Below, piece after piece: positions 38,109-46,629 of a stretch of DNA of 64,000 nt. The stretch's first letter is position 1. The number at the start of each line of letters is the position of its first letter. The stretch comes from a virus, in the IMG/VR virus record IMGVR_UViG_3300045988_171772, positions 1-64,000 of that record; one strand, given 5' to 3'. The notes beneath the pieces were generated by a model. It searched no databases. It was not told the DNA's origin and worked only from the letters and a program-made list of their open reading frames with translations. The translations under genes and the position numbers were made by a program.

Positions 38109-38978
38109 TTAGAACTTCAGAGTGCCATCGGCATTCAGAAGATCGGAACTCTCAGAGACAGACTCCTCAGCAACCTCGAAATCGAAGTCGTCGTTCATCA
38201 TGCTCTCGCAGGAATCCGCATACTCGTTCAGCTCATCCTCAGAGAAAGTGACAGACTCCTTGCAGGACTCTTCCTCAGAATCTTCCTCATCGTCGTCATC
38301 TTCATCGTCAGACTCGTCTTCGTCCTCATCCTCTTCGTCTTCATCAGACTCATCGGAATCGTCGTCTTCCTCGTCCTTGTCCTTCTTGCACTCCTCGTCA
38401 TCAGGATCGCACTCTTCATCCTCAGACTCGGTAACCTTGCACTTCTTCTTCTTAGGAGCACAGACTTCCTCGGCATCGGACAGTTCGGCATCCAGAGACT
38501 CCAGAATAGCTCTCAGCTCAGGATCTTCGATATCCTCATAGCTCTCCTTCGCAGCAGAAGCCTTAGCCAGCTCCTTCTTGCGATCGTTCAGCAGCTTCTT
38601 CAGACCAGACAGATACTTCTGGAAGGCCTGAATCTCATCAGAAGTGACACCGGCCTTGCTCTCAACCACATTGCCGAGCTTGGCATACAGAGTCTTGATC
38701 GGAGACGCGATTGACTTGCTGGCATCTTTGATGGCGGCTTTGAATTCCTTGTCGTCCATAGAACCAGCAGCACGCTTCTTAGCGGCATCGGCCATGGTCT
38801 TCAGGGTTGTATTCACAGCTTTACCAGACTCATTGACAGCCTGCAGTTTAGCATCAACGTCTTCGACGGTCTTCAGACGAGAAACTTTCTTCTGAGCGGT
38901 AGCCAGGAGATCCTCAACAGTCTTCTTCTTGGTGAAGAGACCTTCCTGAGCAACCTGATTGTAGCTTGCTACATTCAT
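38109..38978 (-). CDS. Lys/Ala-rich helical protein with a poly-acidic C-terminal tail (GC3-rich; family membership uncertain)
   Basis: GGAGG RBS. C-terminus ..DEEDDDSDESDEDEEDEDEDESDDEDDDDEEDSEEE. Confidence 0.7.
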   Translation of the reverse strand: MNVASYNQVAQEGLFTKKKTVEDLLATAQKKVSRLKTVEDVDAKLQAVNESGKAVNTTLKTMADAAKKRAAGSMDDKEFKAAIKDASKSIASPIKTLYAKLGNVVESKAGVTSDEIQAFQKYLSGLKKLLNDRKKELAKASAAKESYEDIEDPELRAILESLDAELSDAEEVCAPKKKKCKVTESEDEECDPDDEECKKDKDEEDDDSDESDEDEEDEDEDESDDEDDDDEEDSEEESCKESVTFSEDELNEYADSCESMMNDDFDFEVAEESVSESSDLLNADGTLKF

Positions 38979-39184
38979 GTTTCAAACCTCCAATATTTGG
39001 ATATTGGTCTTTATAATACAGGACTTGATTGACTTCTAGTGAAAGAAATCACGGGAAACCGTTTAGAATCCCATATTTAAAGCTATGTTTTCTATTTAGA
39101 TTCGTAAGGATTATAAATAATTGCGTATAGGAATCAAATAAATAGCCAATTAGGAATTTCCTAATTGGCTATTATATCCTTAGA

Positions 39185-39775
39185 TCAGGACTTCTGAACT
39201 TCTTTCATCTCGTTGACAACAGCTTCACGCATAGACATCAGATCAGCCAGAAGCTTCCGCATAGTATTCTTCGGATCTTCCTTGACACTCTTGGCGAAGG
39301 CCTTGAGGTTCTCTTCGTTCTCCTTGTCAATCTTCGCATAGTACAGATTCTGGCCAACAAGAGAAGCACTGCTTCCGGCAATCTGACCCACAAAGGCACC
39401 AGTTGTGTTTCCAGTCTTCTTAGCGAAACCCACCGCTCCGGAAAACGACAAAAGATTGCTAAGCATTGCGAGGCCGCAAGCAATCAGAATTTTCTTCACC
39501 CGATCGGAGACGCTTCCAGAAGAAAGAAGATTATTAGCCAGCTTATTGAAAGCTTTGGCAGTATTGTCGATCTCCTTGATACATTTCTTGTAGTAATCGA
39601 CAGCTTCCTTCTTGTAACCTTTCTTAGAGTTTTCTCTCGCCTGAGAAAGGTACTTTTTGGCAGCTTTCATAGATTCGGATGACTTGATGGCCTTGAGGTC
39701 TTCATACTGCTTGGTCATCGTCTTTTCCATATCTTCGGAGTAGGCTTTCTCCATGACAATATCGAAGTTTTCCAT
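39185..39775 (-). CDS. family subtype B member B1 (helical N-terminus + Gly-rich hydrophobic segment)
   Basis: MENFDIVMEKAY.. N-terminus. ILIACGLAMLSNLLSFSGAVGF..GAFVGQIAGSSASLVG. Confidence 0.65.
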   Translation of the reverse strand: MENFDIVMEKAYSEDMEKTMTKQYEDLKAIKSSESMKAAKKYLSQARENSKKGYKKEAVDYYKKCIKEIDNTAKAFNKLANNLLSSGSVSDRVKKILIACGLAMLSNLLSFSGAVGFAKKTGNTTGAFVGQIAGSSASLVGQNLYYAKIDKENEENLKAFAKSVKEDPKNTMRKLLADLMSMREAVVNEMKEVQKS

Positions 39776-40027
39776 ATCATTCACTCTTTCGTGTATAGTT
39801 TTAAAAGTACACTGCATCTTAGATAATGAAGTGCACAGATTACCAGAATGTTTCGATACCTCAGAGGGACAACTACCAATATTCCTGTAATGATTTTATA
39901 GATTACAAGAATATTGGAAGAACTGGACCATTTATGGTCCAGAGATTTTTCTTCTATGGATTCATAATACAGTCCTTTCCTTTTAATAAATAGAAGGATC
40001 GATCTCTTATAAAGGAGAAATGGATAT

Positions 40028-40579
40028 ATGAATTCTTTCGATATTGTAATGGAAATGCTCTCTGATAAGGAAGCATCAAAGTTTAAGAGTAAAGAAGAGG
40101 GATCTAAGAAGCTTCAAGCTGATCTAAAAGAGAAAGTAAAAGAATTCCAGAAAAATGAGAAGATTGCTAGATCCTTAATTAAGAAATACTCCGATGATGC
40201 AACGAATAAGAAATCTGATCATTATAAAGAAATCAAGATCTATGTTGATAATGCTCACAAGGCATTGTCAGACGCTTCTGATCTCTATTTTAAATTCGGA
40301 AGCATTTATCCTATTAACAAAACTGTGGATAAAGCCCCGGAGATTTCCGCTATCATTGGAATCGTCACAAGCTTTTTGATTGTGCCTCTGGTTCTCACAT
40401 TACCAACTACGGCAGTATTGTCTGGAGTTAGAAAGATTTCAGAGAATAAGTGGAAGAAAAAGTATGATGAGTACAAAGCTCTGGCTAAGAGTGACTATGT
40501 AGAGGCTTATAATAAGATGTATGATGACATCAATGAGATGGCAACTGCATTTGTTGATAAGTATGAACCCTGGATCTGA
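40028..40579 (+). CDS. family subtype B member B2
   Basis: AAAGGAG RBS. MNSFDIVMEML.., TM-like IIGIVTSFLIVPLVLTLP, C-terminus ENKWKKKYDEYK...DKYEPWI. Confidence 0.65.
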   Translation: MNSFDIVMEMLSDKEASKFKSKEEGSKKLQADLKEKVKEFQKNEKIARSLIKKYSDDATNKKSDHYKEIKIYVDNAHKALSDASDLYFKFGSIYPINKTVDKAPEISAIIGIVTSFLIVPLVLTLPTTAVLSGVRKISENKWKKKYDEYKALAKSDYVEAYNKMYDDINEMATAFVDKYEPWI

Positions 40580-40654
40580 TGAATTTCATGATTAGATATA
40601 ATAAATCCACATACTCTGCAAGAATACGAGAGTATGTGGATTTATTATATTCAA

Positions 40655-41086
40655 TTATCTCTTATTATAGAAAGGATACTTATTCTCAAAGTCTCCGATA
40701 AGATCTTTGATCTGTCTTTCTACAAGTTCAAGAGACTCCCATACCGAGAGATTCTTCTTCTGCTTGTATTCTACAAGTTTCTCTTTCCACTTATTGTTAT
40801 AGTCAATAATCTCAGTCCTCTTGGAGACAGTTCCTCCAATACCAGTAAGACCTAAACCAACTCCAGCTTCAATCGGAGTGGTTTTATCCTTACGGATCAT
40901 AAGAGTGAGAATGAAGTATACAAATCCAAATACCATTGCAATGGTACTAGCGGTATGAACTTTGGATAGAGCACCTTTATTCTCAGGGACAAGATTAATC
41001 TCGATACATTTCTGAGCATTATAGAGCTCTTCACTGGTCTTCTTGCAGTAGGTATCGGAACTTCGATTGTATCTTCGAAGATTCAA
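40655..41086 (-). pseudogene. 5'-truncated subtype B paralog (B3)
   Basis: Lacks the M.NFDIVME N-terminus. Only a TTG at the ORF start, with TGA 3 codons upstream. Keeps the TM segment and NNKWKEKLVEYKQKK...NKYPFY. Confidence 0.45.
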
Positions 41087-41105
41087 TCTGTAGTATCAAT
41101 TAAAA

Positions 41106-41256
41106 ATGATAAGAAATGGGAAGAAAAGAAAAAGAAAAAGAGTGGAAAGAGCTGAATCCGAATAATGTATATGCCAAAATGGAAGAGATGGAAGATCTCG
41201 TTGATAAAATGAGATCTGCTCTTTCCGACAAATATGCGCCCTGGATGGTATGCTAA
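41106..41256 (+). pseudogene. frameshifted 3' remnant of a subtype B paralog
   Basis: KKWEEKKKKK.. then, in another frame, WKELNPNNVYAKMEEMEDLVDKMRSALSDKYAPW, similar to the B2 C-terminus. Abuts B3 head to head. Confidence 0.4.
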
Positions 41257-41285
41257 CGTATACTCCCTATATGAAGAAATATGTG

Positions 41286-41293
41286 TATATTAT
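41286..41293 (+). promoter_or_regulatory. TATATTAT promoter-like motif
   Basis: tgtgTATATTATctt, 78 nt upstream of ATG 41371. Confidence 0.45.
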
Positions 41294-41370
41294 CTTCATA
41301 TAGGGAGTGTATTTCTACCTAGCAAGAAGCAAATCATGTAAAGATATCATGTATCAGAAAGGAGTAAAGT

Positions 41371-42507
41371 ATGGAAACCAGAAGAAGTATGGAAATTAAA
41401 AGAATTCCTCTAAATACCAATATCGGGTTTCTTCCTATGAGTGAATTTCTCAAAGAGGAATCCGGGATTCGATATTATCAGAAACCTATCTTGTGTATTC
41501 TGGTAGATAAAGACCTATGTTCTCACAATAGAGTTTACATCGTCCTCAGAAACGGTGCATCGATTGCGTTTGAGTATGGGTATGATTCAGTAACCGTAAA
41601 GAATCCATACAAAGAACTGGGAGATTTCTTGAGTATCCATCCAAAGAATTCTACCTCTTTCGTAGGATACAACTTCGCTATCTATCGGGATCAAGAAATT
41701 ACGAAGGGACTTCTCGATATGGATTTCATCCGTAAGGCTATCTACAATCCCGAGAATTATCCAAATCTCATCAATAATCGTCCATATGAGATATTCCAAC
41801 CGAGTATATATACCGAGATCTCTTTCTCTGTGTCGGAAGAGATAGCCAATTATACGATCACTTCTGAATTGCATAGATTTTTCAGACTTAACTATCAGAA
41901 GAATGTCAATTTCTATTCGTCGAATTTCCAGGAAAATGAAATTACGTCCTTTGGAAATCATTTGTATTGCTATACGCAAAGTACCATCGTAACTACGGCA
42001 CAGAAACGGTATGTGAAATGCCCGATTTGTGGAAATAATGATCATACCAATAAATTCGTCATGCCTCTTCGTGGCTATACCTTCGGTTTGGTATATGCTT
42101 ATAGCATCCTTCCTACGGATGAAGAAGTCACTGATGAGATGGTGAAGACTGTTATGGCCAAATCCAATGAAGAGATATTTTCTTTGCTTTATCGGAATTC
42201 CCGTAACTTTATAGAGAATCATGAAAGCGATCATTTCTTTTCTGGTAATCCTACCGCAGGGTTTATTTGGAATGAGGATTTCATTCGGAAGATTTACTTT
42301 ACTTCCGATTTAGAACCATCTGATTCAAAACCTCTCATGGTATATACCAGGGAAGATCAGAAGAATCTTGTCGATAGGTTTATGAAACTCTATAACGGAG
42401 AAGAGCGTGTAATTCCCATCTATCTGGATGTCGAAACCACTTGGAATGGTAGTCATCTCTATCATTACACACTAACCCCGGACAATGAATTGCAGGATAA
42501 GGAGTAA
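41371..42507 (+). CDS. hypothetical protein with zinc-ribbon-like CPICGNNDH
   Basis: GAAAGGAG RBS. TATATTAT 78 nt upstream. 378 aa. Confidence 0.7.
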   Translation: METRRSMEIKRIPLNTNIGFLPMSEFLKEESGIRYYQKPILCILVDKDLCSHNRVYIVLRNGASIAFEYGYDSVTVKNPYKELGDFLSIHPKNSTSFVGYNFAIYRDQEITKGLLDMDFIRKAIYNPENYPNLINNRPYEIFQPSIYTEISFSVSEEIANYTITSELHRFFRLNYQKNVNFYSSNFQENEITSFGNHLYCYTQSTIVTTAQKRYVKCPICGNNDHTNKFVMPLRGYTFGLVYAYSILPTDEEVTDEMVKTVMAKSNEEIFSLLYRNSRNFIENHESDHFFSGNPTAGFIWNEDFIRKIYFTSDLEPSDSKPLMVYTREDQKNLVDRFMKLYNGEERVIPIYLDVETTWNGSHLYHYTLTPDNELQDKE

Positions 42508-42575
42508 TCAAGGTATTCCATTATGAGGCGGGGATTACCAAAGTAACCGATTCTAGGAGAACCGTCTATAGTGGG

Positions 42576-42761
42576 ATGCGCGGGGAGAGATTCAAATTCA
42601 TTCTTGTCACCCTTCTGGAAGAAATGGATAAGAATCTCGGTATCTTGACTAGTATGGAGGATGCTGAGGAGATCTGTAATACAATCAAGAGTCAGAATGA
42701 TCTTGAAGATTTCCAATTCTATAAAATGGAATCCATGCATCGCAAAGATCTATCAGTATGA
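42576..42761 (+). CDS. hypothetical small protein (start uncertain)
   Basis: The stop-free frame extends back to 42505 without a canonical start. Confidence 0.35.
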   Translation: MRGERFKFILVTLLEEMDKNLGILTSMEDAEEICNTIKSQNDLEDFQFYKMESMHRKDLSV

Positions 42762-42811
42762 TGACAAAGAAGAGGATCGATTCGTTGCAATTTACACGGA
42801 GGAGAATGAAG

Positions 42812-43246
42812 ATGAATGATAAAGTGATTCACTTACAAGCGAGAATGTTTCATAGGAATAATACGTGCGCTCCTCCTTTGAAGGAGAGATTCTTGAAAAT
42901 GAGAGAGCCTTCTAAGAAGGAAGATACTCCCAAGAAAATCTTTCTCAACATTGATGGATATCGTCTGATCAATGTGGATGATATCTCCTAGGTCGGCATC
43001 GAGAAAGTAACAGCACTGGAATCCTGCAAAGATCTTGCAAAAATCACGGATCCCAATGAGAAGATTAGAGCGAAGATTGTGTATACAGTAAAGATCCGAT
43101 CTTCTAGCGGGTTCATTATCTGGTCTTCGGATATTGGTGACAAAGTAGAGATTACACATCTCTATTATAGGATTCATGAGATTCTTAAGAACTATGGAAT
43201 CTCTATCAATTACGTAGAGTTTGAACCCTCTGAGTTCAGACTGTAA
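42812..43246 (+). CDS. hypothetical protein containing an in-frame TAG (42989-42991)
   Basis: ATG after GGAGGAG. After TAG the same frame stays open for 84 codons with no ATG. ..IFLNIDGYRLINVDDIS*VGIEKV weakly parallels ..TFLDIRNRLTLNVNEILTIVIVKE of the next gene. Confidence 0.5.
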
Positions 43247-43259
43247 AAGGAGAATCTTT

Positions 43260-43520
43260 ATGCTGTTTAATCAGGAACATATGCCTTGTACAACGTTTCT
43301 CGACATTCGGAATCGACTCACCCTCAATGTAAATGAGATTCTGACCATCGTCATAGTGAAAGAGAGCGAGGATGAGTATTCCGTGCAGGCTCAAATGAAA
43401 ACCGGAGTTATCGTGAAACTTCATTCCGCTTTCGATTCATTGGAGAAAGCTGAAAACTTCTATGTTGAAGTCAAGAACGCTCTGTTTGATCTTGACACTG
43501 TCCGTATGATTGGTATCTAA
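43260..43520 (+). CDS. hypothetical small protein (paralog of the preceding gene)
   Basis: AAAGGAG RBS, 86 aa. Confidence 0.6.
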   Translation: MLFNQEHMPCTTFLDIRNRLTLNVNEILTIVIVKESEDEYSVQAQMKTGVIVKLHSAFDSLEKAENFYVEVKNALFDLDTVRMIGI

Positions 43521-43599
43521 AAAGAGAAAAAGAAAGGTTGGATGATTTTCGTAGAGTTGTATACTCACGATTTATCCAACCTTTCTTTTTTGTATCACA

Positions 43600-44076
43600 T
43601 TAACTTACTCTTTTCCACATACAGCATACCAAATAGGGAGGTATGTTGTTATGTGCTTTGCCTCCACCGGTATAAGCTGTTGTTCCAACACTACCCTTCG
43701 GAGTCCCATCCCACAGTTTATACCAACTATCATATTTATTGTCAAAATCTTGTAGAAATCCGGCAGTTGTTTCAGAACCAGTCGAATCTAAAACCAAAGC
43801 AGATCCTCCCTTGCTAGGGTTATTATGTTGATGACTGGGAATGGTATTCACAGTCAGAGTTACTTTTTCTTCACCACCAGTAGTATTCACCTTGTAGCTA
43901 TTGGAATTACTCAATAGAAATACTCCATTGATCTGTGTCCAACTACCACCAAAAAGACTAGCAGGTGATGTGGTATTCATACTCTGGTAGATAGCTCCTA
44001 CAGGATAGAAGGATAACTTTGTCAATGCGGTATTGTCATCAAAGTATACACAGGAAGATCTTGTAGTGGATACCAC
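43600..44076 (-). CDS. tail-collar-domain fibre protein (copy A; canonical start lost)
   Basis: FYPVGAIYQS...SLFGGSW...IPSHQHNN...GGGKAHNNIPPY. The frame is open up to 44124 (SIATYKRKLKDRSGNYVV..), but the ATG of copy B is replaced by TGG TGA. Only GTG 44076 remains. Confidence 0.55.
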   Translation of the reverse strand: MVSTTRSSCVYFDDNTALTKLSFYPVGAIYQSMNTTSPASLFGGSWTQINGVFLLSNSNSYKVNTTGGEEKVTLTVNTIPSHQHNNPSKGGSALVLDSTGSETTAGFLQDFDNKYDSWYKLWDGTPKGSVGTTAYTGGGKAHNNIPPYLVCCMWKRVS

Positions 44077-44186
44077 ATAATTCCCACTACGATCTTTCAG
44101 TTTTCTCTTATAGGTAGCGATACTTCACCACCCAATACGATAACAGAGAGATGAAGTGATAGTTCCCCTACATATCTTCGTCTCCC

Positions 44187-44217
44187 CCTCTATTCTATAT
44201 CTATATTAATAAATTAA
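44187..44217. repeat. 31-bp perfect inverted repeat, left arm
   Basis: CCCTCTATTCTATATCTATATTAATAAATTA is the reverse complement of 46599-46629. Upstream of fibre copy A. Confidence 0.85.
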
Positions 44218-44783
44218 TATAGTCCACTAAGTTTAAGAAATAAAACACAATACCCTGTACATAGACCTTCTCAACTATGTACAGGGTATTGTGCTAGGAC
44301 TGTATAAGAGCATCGCTCTTAATATAAGGTAGTTAATTTCATCTAGATAACGAAAGTAATTACCTTCGAATTTAAAATAATCACCCATATAGAGAGAAGA
44401 GATATTTCCCTCTATATGGGATTTTGATTTGGAGGTAAACCAATATGAACTTAGTTAAAAACACTTTTGAACCAAGATTCTCTACCAAGGAGAATATTGC
44501 CGACATCATATACTCAATACGATGATTGATGGTTTTGAGGTCTACCTCTTACTTAGAAGGTAGACCTTTCTTTTTGATTTTAAGATAACTATTAATCCCA
44601 TCGATAGAAATGTGGTAACCAAACCATATGGTCAAACTCTATCGATGGGATTAAAACGGAGGCTCTCTTCATGACAACAACAAACCCAGAGCAAGAAGAG
44701 AAAAAGAATCTCACATGCCATTTTGTATATGAAATTCTTTATATGAGTAGTAGTCTCTTTGATAATATCTTGATAAATTTCTA

Positions 44784-44791
44784 TATATTAT
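44784..44791 (+). promoter_or_regulatory. TATATTAT promoter-like motif
   Basis: ttcTATATATTATatt, about 90 nt upstream of ATG 44880. Confidence 0.45.
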
Positions 44792-44879
44792 ATTCATAGA
44801 GATGGAAGAAGTAAACTGTCTTTGTCTCTATGAAAGGAAATCCATTTTGTCAAGCATGTATCACGGAGGTATGACTACA

Positions 44880-45785
44880 ATGAAATTCGTAACGCATCCC
44901 ATTCGTATTAACCCGGTGAATCTTGGAGAGGATACTGGGAAGTTATTACCCTATCTCCACGCTCGTATCGTATCTATCTATACCAGGGGATATAAATCCC
45001 ATATTGATCTTCTGATTCAGATGAGTGATGGGAATTATATCTACATCAAACTCTATAGTGTCCTGAGAAAGGATAACTCTCTTACCAATACCAGAGATGG
45101 TGTTGGTACCAAACCTGCTTGGGGTCTCAAGTATGTCAAGAAGACTTCTATCGAAGGTTGTGTCCTGGATGTGATTCCTTCTTCGGAAGAGCTTAAGGGA
45201 TTCAAACGGTATTTCTGTATCCTTCCTCTCCGTATGGCTTACTATGAGACCAATAAGTCTCTCTTTATCTGCTCTCACAATTTCGTAGAGGGTATTGATA
45301 TGGATGCCAGAGGGATTCTCATCTACACAGATAAAGATATGGAGAGTGCACTCTTTCTCAATACCCACTTCTTTGCTCCTGAGAATCTCAATTCTCGGAT
45401 TCATCCTTATCGCACTCTTCTCTTCCATATCCATGAGTCTCATGACTTCTCTACCAAGTTGGCATACTCGGATGAGACCAATGCAGGTAGATTTGAAGTC
45501 TCGGATGCACCCATAGCCTTCCATGAAACTCTCTGGAATGGTGAGGATTATCAACTCTTCATCACCAGTCAGAAACCCGTCTCCATCTATAACGATGGAT
45601 ATCAGAATGGAGAACCTGAGAATGAAGATCTGGAAAAGAGAATCTATTCCACTTTTGAGAATATCGCAGAATCTGTTTCCAGCTCCTTCTCTGTCTATGC
45701 AACGTTTGCCTTCTCCTATGCCCGCGTCTATTTCCTTGACAATGGTGAGTACATTATCGTCAAGGAGCAAGATGTAACCCGTTAA
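44880..45785 (+). CDS. hypothetical protein
   Basis: ATG 10 nt after GGAGG (the ORF could start at 44802). Terminator at 45817-45867. Confidence 0.6.
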   Translation: MKFVTHPIRINPVNLGEDTGKLLPYLHARIVSIYTRGYKSHIDLLIQMSDGNYIYIKLYSVLRKDNSLTNTRDGVGTKPAWGLKYVKKTSIEGCVLDVIPSSEELKGFKRYFCILPLRMAYYETNKSLFICSHNFVEGIDMDARGILIYTDKDMESALFLNTHFFAPENLNSRIHPYRTLLFHIHESHDFSTKLAYSDETNAGRFEVSDAPIAFHETLWNGEDYQLFITSQKPVSIYNDGYQNGEPENEDLEKRIYSTFENIAESVSSSFSVYATFAFSYARVYFLDNGEYIIVKEQDVTR

Positions 45786-45816
45786 GAATCTCTATCTCCT
45801 CTTGTGGAGGGAAAAA

Positions 45817-45867
45817 GAATGGATACCCGAGAGACATAAAGTATCTCAAAGGTATCCATTCTTTTTT
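45817..45867 (+). terminator. intrinsic terminator
   Basis: GAATGGATACC...GGTATCCATTC + TTTTTT. Confidence 0.8.
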
Positions 45868-46183
45868 GTAAATTAGTATATACTATATAGATGACTACCA
45901 GTAAGGAGGTATACTTATGTCCTACGAAGAAATTGCTGTCCGTTGCTTTCTCATCAAGTCGAAGAATGTATCTCCGATACATCCTGTCATATTTTCGGAT
46001 TCCTCTATATCTTACATATAGGGAATTCTTCCAATGTATTCATCAATAAGCAGATTCTGTGATATAGGAGGAATTTTTAGATGGTTCAGTGGAATAATTA
46101 TTTCTTTAATGAGAGTCATGTGAGCTTGTATTTACGTATGTCATTCTTCTGAGAAAGATGAGAATGGAAATGCTCTATTTGAA

Positions 46184-46372
46184 GTGACTGTTAAATTATC
46201 TGGGAACGATAATCTAGTCATCACAAAACCAATCTCCTATGAGAAAGCACTCGCGATAGCAAAAGATATCTCGCTCATGATTGACAAGGCGAGTCATCCA
46301 GAGATGTACTCCTATGATGGAGTACCAAGAATCTTTAAGCAACATCCTATGTGGCAATCTAATGAATATTGA
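46184..46372 (+). CDS. hypothetical small protein (GTG start; uncertain)
   Basis: 62 codons. Same frame as the upstream ORF 45917.. , which is interrupted by TAG and TGA. Confidence 0.3.
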   Translation: MTVKLSGNDNLVITKPISYEKALAIAKDISLMIDKASHPEMYSYDGVPRIFKQHPMWQSNEY

Positions 46373-46377
46373 TTCCT

Positions 46378-46506
46378 CTTTTTGTATATTTACCCCAATT
46401 TCTCTATCGAATTACTCATATTATCATTTTCAAAATGTCAAATATATGCGACATTCTGTAAAACATACCAGACAAAATGTAAAACGAGATATGAGATTTT
46501 CAAAAT
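46378..46506 (+). repeat. ~130-nt non-coding repeat, copy 2
   Basis: Same orientation as copy 1, a handful of substitutions or indels. Followed by the 19-bp-stem hairpin at 46545-46607. Confidence 0.85.
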
Positions 46507-46544
46507 TCTGGAAAATGGTATTTACTCTAAAAATTGGAGAAGAA

Positions 46545-46607
46545 TTACTACCCACTATAGAAGAGATACTCATATAGAGATTCTTCTATAGTGGGTAGTA
46601 ATTTATT
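46545..46607 (+). terminator. strong hairpin + T-rich tail after repeat copy 2
   Basis: 19-bp stem TTACTACCCACTATAGAAG/CTTCTATAGTGGGTAGTAA + TTTATT. Confidence 0.6.
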
Positions 46608-46629
46608 AATATAGATATAGAATAGAGGG
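46599..46629. repeat. 31-bp perfect inverted repeat, right arm
   Basis: TAATTTATTAATATAGATATAGAATAGAGGG. Upstream of fibre copy B. Confidence 0.85.

Noticed and set aside
38122-38541. Ser-rich plus-strand ORF and other ORFs overlapping the acidic tail region of 38109..38978.
   Set aside because: They are alternative-frame artefacts of the GA(A/T/C)-repeat coding for the poly-Asp/Glu tail.
44187-46629. An active invertible (Mu G-like) host-range segment.
   Set aside because: No invertase or recombinase is recognisable in the segment or the window. The genes point outward rather than sharing a constant 5' part outside the repeat. I kept it only as a possibility to test with reads.
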